From positions 64,001 to 128,000 of the IMG/VR virus record IMGVR_UViG_3300027668_001405: a stretch of DNA of 64,000 nt, one strand, 5' to 3'. Position 1 is the stretch's first letter; every line of letters begins with the position of its first letter. The notes under the pieces are model-generated. The model worked only from the letters and a program-made list of their open reading frames with translations, was not told where the DNA came from and made no database searches. Shown piece after piece: positions 55,348 to 63,006 of the stretch. The translations under genes were made by a program, and so were the position numbers. This DNA is from a virus.

Positions 55348-56440
55348 ACACACCCTCGAATTTTTCTCTACCCTCTTTCTTATCATTGCCCACACCGGGT
55401 CTAGTGTTAAGCATCATCTTAATTGTTTCTGTGTGTTTAAACCCACACTTCTCAGCTAATTCAATCCAACGGTCAACTACAAAGTATTCTTTATTACCAT
55501 AGCTTTTATAATCAGCAATGTTAGTAGCAAATACTCCATCTGAGTTTAAACCTTTGTGTATGTTTTGCATTGTGGGTGCAACATATCCTTCAAACCAATC
55601 ATCCATTGTAGTGTATTTAACCATGCACTGCGTTGGTTCGTCTGAGTATTTTTCTAAATTAAAATAAGGTGGGCTACTAAATGCTAAGTCAATATTTTCG
55701 CATTGGTATTCTTCTGAAGGTGAACAAATAATCTCAGAATCATTTCCCATTAATTTATCTAAATAATTTAAATAGTTAAATGTTTCTGTGTTTGGATCTG
55801 TGCCAATATAAGTGTAGTTCATGTTACTACTATTGATACCCAACAACCTACCTCCGTATCCACAACTGTAATCATATACTCTGCCCCATAGTACAGGACA
55901 TAAACGTTCTGCAATTGCCCTTGCATTTTTAGGTTTAAAGTTTTGTACGTTCTCACCTGTTACTAATTCAAGTGAACGTCTAACGGCTGTAGGATATACT
56001 AACTTGTTGCCTTCTCTAAACTCAAAACATATTCTTATAGCTCTGCGTAGTTTTGCATCATTAAAGAACCTGTCTTTTAAACTATTACTACCTCGGCCTT
56101 TTGGTTCAGCTGTTTGCATATTAGTAAATACAAACCTGTTGATTGTTTGACCTTGATTATTTCCAAGTCCTATTCTATTGTTTTCTACTTTGTTGTAAGA
56201 TGAAGATTTAAAATTCTTAATTGCAGTTTTTAAACCTTGTTCAGTGAAATAGATAATTGGTACAATACCTCTGTTACGATAGATATTGAATACACGCTCT
56301 ATTGTGTCTTGTGGATCTTTTTGATATACTTCGTTGGTAAACGTATCCAATTCACTATAGTGATCTTCATATCCTGTGAACTCATCATTGTGAATGTGTT
56401 CTGGTTTGATACCCCAGAATGAATGGATACGCTCTATCAA
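55331..56440 (-). CDS. Amino-type DNA methyltransferase (N4-C or N6-A)
   Basis: Motif I YDYSCGYGGR, IGTDP, motif IV FSSPPY. Confidence 0.8.
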   Translation of the reverse strand: MIERIHSFWGIKPEHIHNDEFTGYEDHYSELDTFTNEVYQKDPQDTIERVFNIYRNRGIVPIIYFTEQGLKTAIKNFKSSSYNKVENNRIGLGNNQGQTINRFVFTNMQTAEPKGRGSNSLKDRFFNDAKLRRAIRICFEFREGNKLVYPTAVRRSLELVTGENVQNFKPKNARAIAERLCPVLWGRVYDYSCGYGGRLLGINSSNMNYTYIGTDPNTETFNYLNYLDKLMGNDSEIICSPSEEYQCENIDLAFSSPPYFNLEKYSDEPTQCMVKYTTMDDWFEGYVAPTMQNIHKGLNSDGVFATNIADYKSYGNKEYFVVDRWIELAEKCGFKHTETIKMMLNTRPGVGNDKKEGREKFEGVYVFTK

Positions 56441-56441
56441 T

Positions 56442-56768
56442 TTACTCTCCTAGAAAGTACTTGAGTAATCCGGTTGTGTAAATGAAAATGGCAACTCCGT
56501 TAATAAAGACTAAGGCTCTATCATGCCATATCATACCAACTACTAACCAACCAGTAACTCCAATAAGAGAAATAAGCATACTCCATGGATGAACGTTTGC
56601 ACTTACTAACGCCATACCACAAAGAATAAAGAAACTAGCTGTCCATTTAATATACCAGTCTGTAGTATGTAATGGAGTAATTTTCTTAAAGACTCTAGTG
56701 GAGTCTAACTTCTTGATCTTCTCATCAAGTTTTACCCGAGCTACTTGCTCAATACTTTCCTTGGCCAT
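56442..56768 (-). CDS. Membrane protein (DUF6552/PnuC-like)
   Basis: DWYIKWTAS...GWLVVG..WHDRAL...N; three TM segments. Confidence 0.55.
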   Translation of the reverse strand: MAKESIEQVARVKLDEKIKKLDSTRVFKKITPLHTTDWYIKWTASFFILCGMALVSANVHPWSMLISLIGVTGWLVVGMIWHDRALVFINGVAIFIYTTGLLKYFLGE

Positions 56769-57025
56769 TAGTCTGCTCGTCCAACAACTTCGAGAATAGT
56801 TTCAAGTGTATCGAAATCATCTCTGTGCTTGTGGAATTCTGCTTTGTGTGCAACTTTGATTGCTTTAGTTAACACTCCGGGCTTAATGCCCATTTCTTCA
56901 GCAATATGTTTTACAGTATCTCGAAGACCCTCATTTAAAGTCTCGACCTCTGTCATAACATGTGTGCCTTCTGTGATAAGCTGTTTTAGCTTATTGATAT
57001 CTTCCGTACCGAACGTAATGCTCAT
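56768..57025 (-). CDS. Small dsDNA-binding protein (T4 DsbA-like)
   Basis: Helical 85 aa protein, L.D.VK.IAEE.GIKP..L.KAIK pattern. Confidence 0.55.
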   Translation of the reverse strand: MSITFGTEDINKLKQLITEGTHVMTEVETLNEGLRDTVKHIAEEMGIKPGVLTKAIKVAHKAEFHKHRDDFDTLETILEVVGRAD

Positions 57026-57052
57026 AGTTTACTTCTCCTGTGTTAATATGTT

Positions 57053-57081
57053 ATTATACAGTTATTTTAAGCAATTGTCAA
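57053..57081 (-). promoter_or_regulatory. sigma70-type promoter
   Basis: TTGACA, 17 nt, TATAAT. Confidence 0.8.
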
Positions 57082-57933
57082 TTGATTTCTGATGATATTT
57101 TGTACCTTTTGCGTGATTAGTTTAATATCTGCTTCTTCGCCACGGTTTCTACGAACGGCTTCTAGCGTTGCTAGTGCAAACATTGTTTTAGCTTGTAAGG
57201 TCTCAAAATTGTGTTGATACTGCTGATACAGGTAACTAATTGTCTTTAACTTGTTAGCTACTGTGTTAAGGTTGATATCCCATTTGTGATATCCGTTATG
57301 TTGCTTATATTCAGTTATCCATGGTTTCATATTTGTATTAGGTTTAATTCCTAACTTGCTATATGTTGCTGTAGCATCTTCTAACCAATCGTCCATTTCT
57401 AGTATTACATCTGTATGTCTTGCCCAGTCAATGTCTTGATTTTGATATTGGTTATATACGTACTTCCAGGTTTCTTTTAAACTTACAAACTTATTCATTT
57501 CGTCGCTGTATTCACGCTTTAAGAATAAGTCCATATACTTATAACTGTTTTTGCCCATTGCAGTAGTAATTACTTTGATTGGGAGGTTATGCGTATCTCT
57601 CCATTCAATTAATTGTTCTGTGTTTGTAGCATGTGTAAACAATGCAATATTCTTATCTGTGGATAAGTTTTTCCATTGTAAACATAAATCTTGGATTGTT
57701 TTAAGAGACATCGTTTCATTGTTTCTTGCGGTGTGAGTGTATATTGATGCATACGAAGTTGGAATATTCCACCAATCTTCTATTACTGTTGCACTGTTAA
57801 ACTCTGCACCGGGTTCTTCTAGCCAAAGGTTTTTGTGTACTATATTATAAAATTCAGGGCTTTGATTAATTATGTATGTTAACGCACTTGCACTGATTGC
57901 ACTACGGGTACATACTAGATATATTTGATTCAT
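57067..57933 (-). CDS. Hypothetical protein
   Basis: 288 aa; N-terminal strand-loop-helix weakly resembling 43293 and 44032. Confidence 0.5.
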   Translation of the reverse strand: MNQIYLVCTRSAISASALTYIINQSPEFYNIVHKNLWLEEPGAEFNSATVIEDWWNIPTSYASIYTHTARNNETMSLKTIQDLCLQWKNLSTDKNIALFTHATNTEQLIEWRDTHNLPIKVITTAMGKNSYKYMDLFLKREYSDEMNKFVSLKETWKYVYNQYQNQDIDWARHTDVILEMDDWLEDATATYSKLGIKPNTNMKPWITEYKQHNGYHKWDINLNTVANKLKTISYLYQQYQHNFETLQAKTMFALATLEAVRRNRGEEADIKLITQKVQNIIRNQLTIA

Positions 57934-58712
57934 TTATTCATGAATACTTTGGGTAGGTAGTTCCATGCTTTGCCTTGTATTTTCCATTGCATATAATCGT
58001 ATCCTTCCCATTGAGTAAATCGGGGTAATGATGGGTCAAACACTTTACGAGTAACGGGATCAGTAAACTGTTCGGCTTCTGGTCCAAAGCATACTGCTAC
58101 ACCTGGGTCGAACCAAATAGCATCATTAGCCTGTTCATTGGAAACCTGGTTGGGCTTTGTTCCATCTCTATTACCAAAGATTCCTGTTAGCTTGTCTTCA
58201 TAATTATTCCACATCCAGTTAGTAAAGTATGCTATTTTCTGGTCTTCATTGCCTTCATGAAACTGACCTTCTGTGCAACGAAATGTTCCTACTTTATGTC
58301 CTAGGTTTAATATCTCACTAAGTAGTACACCAAGTCCCATACCTTCGTGTCTAGTAGCTAATTCGTGTATAACTTTTTCTTTATGTTCTTCTGAATACAA
58401 CCATGTGCTTGGTCCACTCTTAACACATAGGAACATAGCTGGTGCTTGTGCTACTGGTATCATGTACTCACGTGGAATATCGGGATGTTTAACATCATTT
58501 TTAGGCTGCCAGTATATGTTTTTAAGTAGCCAGTGTCTTATATCTGAATCGCTATCGTCAAGATAGATCCAAATATCAGATTTAGCATCACATTGTAATG
58601 GTAGGTTGTTTAGAACTGTTTCTAGATGATCTATATGTTCTTTAGGTATTGTTCGGTTGGTCTCTGAAAATTTTCTAACGGTATATCGATTAGTCCACTG
58701 TTTAGCGTCCAT
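57930..58712 (-). CDS. Nitroreductase-like protein
   Basis: W.NRYTVRKFS (RxSxRxF), QAPAMF, GMGLGV...LNLG..VG. Confidence 0.55.
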   Translation of the reverse strand: MDAKQWTNRYTVRKFSETNRTIPKEHIDHLETVLNNLPLQCDAKSDIWIYLDDSDSDIRHWLLKNIYWQPKNDVKHPDIPREYMIPVAQAPAMFLCVKSGPSTWLYSEEHKEKVIHELATRHEGMGLGVLLSEILNLGHKVGTFRCTEGQFHEGNEDQKIAYFTNWMWNNYEDKLTGIFGNRDGTKPNQVSNEQANDAIWFDPGVAVCFGPEAEQFTDPVTRKVFDPSLPRFTQWEGYDYMQWKIQGKAWNYLPKVFMNK

Positions 58713-58715
58713 TGC

Positions 58716-59000
58716 CTATCGCCTCTTTTTCTCAAGTGCTTTTATACGTTTTTCTAATTCTTCTATTTTTATAGTTAGTTTTGGATTGGCTGCTTTCCAT
58801 GCATCTGGGTTATGCTGTAACCAAGTAAAGCCCCAACGATTAACTAAAAAGTCTAACGTTGCTTGCCACTTGTTAATAGCCCAAAAAGCCATGTAAGTAT
58901 CTTTAATCCAATATATGAATAAAGCACCAAATATACTACCTGCTAGTGCTGTCCAGATCCATAACCTGTTTGTCGCCATTTCTAATATAGTATCCCACAT
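58716..59000 (-). CDS. Small membrane/coiled-coil protein
   Basis: N-terminal TM segment, C-terminal coiled coil. Confidence 0.55.
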   Translation of the reverse strand: MWDTILEMATNRLWIWTALAGSIFGALFIYWIKDTYMAFWAINKWQATLDFLVNRWGFTWLQHNPDAWKAANPKLTIKIEELEKRIKALEKKRR

Positions 59001-60076
59001 TATGCGTTCGCCCTGTTAAGTGTTAGCTGTGCCCACTGTTCTCTACCTGCACCAGCTTGTGTTGGTATAATACTAATGCTTGTCGAAGCACTATGTCCGC
59101 CTCGTCTAAAGGCAATTAAATCATTTTCGTTTTTAATCATTGCAAACTTTTGGTTAGGAAAACTGCATAGCAATAATGCATCAAAGTCATCTCTATTTTT
59201 ATACCATGCAAAGTTAGCTTTTAAATAAGCATCTTCTATTGCTATTGGATCATCTGTCGATTCAAATGCTTTTACAACAGGATCTGCAAAACTATCTAAA
59301 TCCATTTTTAGTAGCTCTGACATTAAAGCCCTTCTATTATTTCTACTGGCTGGATCCGATAATGGTAAGTCAATTGCTAGTGCTTTAATAAATGGACCAA
59401 GACCTAAACTGCCGCCTTTGCCTCCAATAGCACCTATAATTGATTCAAGACCCAATTGATTAGCAAATTTGTCTAGTATTGAACGTTTAGCTTTTTGTGA
59501 TCCGCCGCCGTAACCTATACGTCCGCCTGTGCTTGATACTGCTGATTTTAATTCAACTTTACCAATGCCATCAATTTCTAGATCACCTTCGCCACTTGCT
59601 AGTCTAATTTTATTACTTAAACATGCTAGTGCGTATTCGCCTGGGCCTTTTTGTTTACGCCCTGTTCCGTAGTTCTTTAAATCGTGGAATACTTTTAGTG
59701 CTGTTGGGTGTGTAAATACATTTGAAAAACTTGTTAATGGTGAGTCCAAACTTCCGATATCAATAACTCCACCTTTTCCTAGCTGGTCTGTCATTTCTGA
59801 TATTGACTTATAATCACTATCTGCATCAGCAATAATTTTAGTTAAGTCTTGCATAACTAAAGTCTTTTCTTTATCACTTAATGGTTCACCTTCTAAAGGA
59901 ACGTTAAACGCTTGTGCGACATTATCGCCAATTACTCCGGTATTTAATATTCTATAAATTTTGTCTAACAGTTTAGCATCTTCTTCATTGTCTGCTTTTA
60001 AGCCTGCAATCTTGGACACAATGTTTTGTTGTTCCGTTGACAAGTCTTCATATTCGAATAATTTTTGTAGTCTCAT
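59000..60076 (-). CDS. Hypothetical protein with PD-(D/E)xK-like nuclease motif
   Basis: GPGEYAL...GEGDL...KVELKS. Confidence 0.45.
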   Translation of the reverse strand: MRLQKLFEYEDLSTEQQNIVSKIAGLKADNEEDAKLLDKIYRILNTGVIGDNVAQAFNVPLEGEPLSDKEKTLVMQDLTKIIADADSDYKSISEMTDQLGKGGVIDIGSLDSPLTSFSNVFTHPTALKVFHDLKNYGTGRKQKGPGEYALACLSNKIRLASGEGDLEIDGIGKVELKSAVSSTGGRIGYGGGSQKAKRSILDKFANQLGLESIIGAIGGKGGSLGLGPFIKALAIDLPLSDPASRNNRRALMSELLKMDLDSFADPVVKAFESTDDPIAIEDAYLKANFAWYKNRDDFDALLLCSFPNQKFAMIKNENDLIAFRRGGHSASTSISIIPTQAGAGREQWAQLTLNRANA

Positions 60077-60102
60077 AGTTTTACTTCCTTTTGTATACAG
60101 TA

Positions 60103-60750
60103 CTATTTATAATAAAAACCTATTTGTGCATTGGACAAATTGCCATCTGCATCATCTTCGGCTTTCTTAAAAACATATCCACATTGTTCAAATTCCATGA
60201 ACATTTGCGGGTCTTCATGTGCCCATATAGGTATAACTATATTTGCCCACTTAGGGTAACTAATGTTGTGCTTAAGATGCACTTCAATTACTTTCCCACC
60301 CTTAAAATCAATGTTTATATGCTTTGCCGCTGTTAACGTGTCGACCCAATCCGGTAGTTCTAACTTAGGCAGTGGATCAACTCTTGTCCATTTGTTAAAC
60401 GTTGTAAGGTTGCTCATATGATGATGGCCTTGCATCGCTTGCTGTGGATATAACTCTCCTTTACGGAAAGTATAATCTACACTAATTAAATCACCTTCAA
60501 AAAACTCACACCAAAAATGTCCTGGTGTGGTAATAGTTTCACCTTCTTTAAGTTCTACTATCCTAGCTGATACAGACATATTACTTAAATTGATAATAGG
60601 TCTCTCAACATACTTGCCAGTCTTTGGAACTGGCACTGTGCTAGGTCCACATAAGTATCCAAGTTTTTCACTTAGTTCTAACTTATTGTAAACCCATTTT
60701 AACGTTGGATAATTAACCCAACTATCTGCGTTCTTTAATAGATCGTCCAT
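60103..60750 (-). CDS. Phage hypothetical protein (degenerate ATP-grasp-like)
   Basis: WVYNKLELSEKLGY.CGP...P..G.Y..RP..NL..M pattern, FWCEFFEG. Confidence 0.55.
   Translation of the reverse strand: MDDLLKNADSWVNYPTLKWVYNKLELSEKLGYLCGPSTVPVPKTGKYVERPIINLSNMSVSARIVELKEGETITTPGHFWCEFFEGDLISVDYTFRKGELYPQQAMQGHHHMSNLTTFNKWTRVDPLPKLELPDWVDTLTAAKHINIDFKGGKVIEVHLKHNISYPKWANIVIPIWAHEDPQMFMEFEQCGYVFKKAEDDADGNLSNAQIGFYYK
60104..60111 (-). promoter_or_regulatory. T4-late-like promoter TATAAATA
   Basis: Exact TATAAATA 27 nt upstream of the 60076 start; overlaps the Tyr-Lys-stop codons of the upstream gene. Confidence 0.5.
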
Positions 60751-60943
60751 TTTGTATTCCAGTACACTGTGTACATCTACAACTATCGCATGCTTTTATT
60801 GAATATGGCTGATGGCCATTGTTTGCATCGACTGCATAGTGTTTCACTTGTTCCCAACGTGCAGACCCACAGTGACTTGGACTTCCACAATTCTGGCAAC
60901 TACTGCCTGTATGTCCTACTGCTTTGTTAACGAATTCTACCAT
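60722..60943 (-). CDS. Small Cys-rich (zinc-binding-like) protein
   Basis: CQNCGSPSHCG and CDSCRCTQC. Confidence 0.55.
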   Translation of the reverse strand: MVEFVNKAVGHTGSSCQNCGSPSHCGSARWEQVKHYAVDANNGHQPYSIKACDSCRCTQCTGIQNGRSIKERR

Positions 60944-61002
60944 TTGGCGATCGCTTTATACAACTGTTGTTGGGTATTTGCGTTCTGAAATCTGTTAATC
61001 AA

Positions 61003-61266
61003 TTACTTGATTGCTTTCCATAACTGTGTTACTAACTTGTCTTTAGTAAGCCGTCTATCAAGTTCAATACCATGTATTCTACCAATCTCTTCTAGCTTGG
61101 CTTTTGATAATGAAGAAAGATCTTTCTTTGCTTTAAAAGTAGGCTTGATTACTAATTCGTTTGTAACGTCTTTAGCTTTCTTAGCTGTCTTCTTAACTTC
61201 TTTTGTCAGTACTAATGCTTCTTCAACTGGTGCTGAGTGAAACATTGTTGTTATCCATTTAAACAT
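61003..61266 (-). CDS. Small basic protein with Rho-N/HeH-like C-terminus
   Basis: LSSLSKAKLEEIGR.HGIELDRRLTKDKLV. Confidence 0.5.
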   Translation of the reverse strand: MFKWITTMFHSAPVEEALVLTKEVKKTAKKAKDVTNELVIKPTFKAKKDLSSLSKAKLEEIGRIHGIELDRRLTKDKLVTQLWKAIK

Positions 61267-61298
61267 ATTTTTCTCCTAGTTTAACTAATACGGATGTA

Positions 61299-62600
61299 TT
61301 AGCTTTTCTTTCTGTTTGCCAGCCATTTAACTCTTTCCTCAATTCGGTTAGCGTTGTTACGACTGTCTTCTTTCTTAGTTATATATCTTAATAACTGTGT
61401 TTTAACTCCTGTTGGAACACCTTCTTCATACTCTTTGGTATCCATTTTGTAGACACTAATGTCTTCATCACTAAATGGTGTACCGCCTTGTATATCATGT
61501 CCAACATGAATCTGTGATTTGTTTCCACTTGTATTATTATAGTCTATTCTTGCGTCTAAGTCAAGTGCTTTTACTTCTTTATCTGAAGCTTTTTCTACGC
61601 CTACAAAGTTAGCTTTATCGTTCTGTCTATGTCCACCACCTGTTACAGTACCAGTATTACGGTATGATACTTTATAGTACTCACCATCTGGACCATTAAT
61701 GTAGTCAACATTTTTTGCTAACAAGTCTAATTCGTTTAACGAGTGTTGCTTGGCATCTACTCTTACGTGTGGTACTTTATGTACAACGTTTGCAACTTCA
61801 AGTAAACCTAAATTATCTAATTCATCATTTATCCACTGATACGGGTCGCCATCTCTAGCTTTTTGTGTACCATATGGCATATCGCCGTTGTCTGAAAAGT
61901 ATGAAAATAATTCATAGTATATTTCATCAAAGTCCATAATATCAGCACCTTGCTTTAACTGTTCCCATTCTTTTGGATACTTAGCTAATATGGTTTCTGG
62001 AGAACTTGATGCACTGAAATAAGCATCTGCTTCGTTAGTATGGCTATCTTCCATTTTAGCAAATCTATCTCTTTGTGCTTTTTTAGCGGCTTCATCTTCG
62101 GCATCCATCTTTGCAACACTAGCGTCTCTATGCTTTTGTAAAGCATCGCCTTTTAGTTTGTGTGCTAAGTCTGCATTGCCATCACCATTGCCTGCTAAAC
62201 TCTTACCACCATTATAAGCGCCTGCTTTAGCCGCTTGGTCTGATGCACTTGATCTAGCTTCTTCAACTCCACGTTGACTACCAATGTGATTCTTAATCAT
62301 TGCTTTAATATCTTCGCCTGCAATTCTAAATGCACTAGCAAACTCACGTTCACTCATGCCCATTGCATCAGCAAGTCCAGGTTCGCCATCGCCTCTGTAC
62401 ATATCCCATAATTCTTGATACGTACCTTCTGCTAACATAGTATCCCATGTTAAATTAAGTTTACGTGTTGACACTTCCATAGCAATTTCTTTAGCCGAGA
62501 ATCTATCATGTGCTTGACTAGTATATTTACGTAGGTCTCTGTTCTTCATTGTTTCCAACGTTTCGCCTAATCTTAAAAATGATCCATTGCTAAATTTCAT
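61299..62600 (-). CDS. Hypothetical modular protein, probable virion head protein
   Basis: 433 aa, charged, segments separated by [LIV]-x-E motifs. Confidence 0.5.
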   Translation of the reverse strand: MKFSNGSFLRLGETLETMKNRDLRKYTSQAHDRFSAKEIAMEVSTRKLNLTWDTMLAEGTYQELWDMYRGDGEPGLADAMGMSEREFASAFRIAGEDIKAMIKNHIGSQRGVEEARSSASDQAAKAGAYNGGKSLAGNGDGNADLAHKLKGDALQKHRDASVAKMDAEDEAAKKAQRDRFAKMEDSHTNEADAYFSASSSPETILAKYPKEWEQLKQGADIMDFDEIYYELFSYFSDNGDMPYGTQKARDGDPYQWINDELDNLGLLEVANVVHKVPHVRVDAKQHSLNELDLLAKNVDYINGPDGEYYKVSYRNTGTVTGGGHRQNDKANFVGVEKASDKEVKALDLDARIDYNNTSGNKSQIHVGHDIQGGTPFSDEDISVYKMDTKEYEEGVPTGVKTQLLRYITKKEDSRNNANRIEERVKWLANRKKS

Positions 62601-62604
62601 GTGC

Positions 62605-62763
62605 TTAGTCCTTAATAATTGTTTTTACTTTTGTTTCAGATGGCTTACTAGCTGACTGAAGTAGTAGTGACTTAGGAACTGCTATCTTTGCAGTATCGCC
62701 TGTAGTCTTGCCTACATCTATCTTGTTAAGTAATTGTCTCATACTCTCTGTTGCTTTTGACAT
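62605..62763 (-). CDS. Small hypothetical protein not in the ORF track
   Basis: Manual translation MSKATESMRQLLNKIDVG...KTIIKD* (52 aa); AGGAG upstream. Confidence 0.55.
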   Translation of the reverse strand: MSKATESMRQLLNKIDVGKTTGDTAKIAVPKSLLLQSASKPSETKVKTIIKD

Positions 62764-62772
62764 AGTTATCTC

Positions 62773-63006
62773 CTATTTCTTTTTAGATTTATTAAAAATT
62801 CCATCAGCAATGCCTCTACGTTTTTTCTTAGGTGCTTTTACTACTGGAGCTTCTTGTTTTATTTCTGCAGGCTTTACGACTGCTGGTTTAGTAGCAACTG
62901 CTGTTTCTGGCTCTGCAGATGCTAATTGTTGGCGTCTTGCTTCTGCATTGGCCAATTGTTGTTCATTCATGTGATCCATATTAGTTTCCTGCTTTTTTCT
63001 TAGCAT
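62773..63006 (-). CDS. Small low-complexity protein
   Basis: Ala/Lys/Pro-rich; probable start at MDHMNE. Confidence 0.5.
   Translation of the reverse strand: MLRKKQETNMDHMNEQQLANAEARRQQLASAEPETAVATKPAVVKPAEIKQEAPVVKAPKKKRRGIADGIFNKSKKK

Noticed and set aside
60944-61002. Possible 21 aa ORF (TTG start, LINRFQ...AKW)
   Set aside because: Too short, no Shine-Dalgarno, no supporting motif.
1566-62974. Many opposite-strand or nested ORFs in the track (e.g. 2002-2409, 7194-7736, 10824-11336, 16864-17394, 19279-19830, 26104-26565, 28403-28789, 51985-52476, 53071-53430)
   Set aside because: They lie wholly within motif-bearing genes on the other strand or frame, show the Ser/Leu/Ile-rich composition of antisense shadows, and have no motifs or Shine-Dalgarno support.
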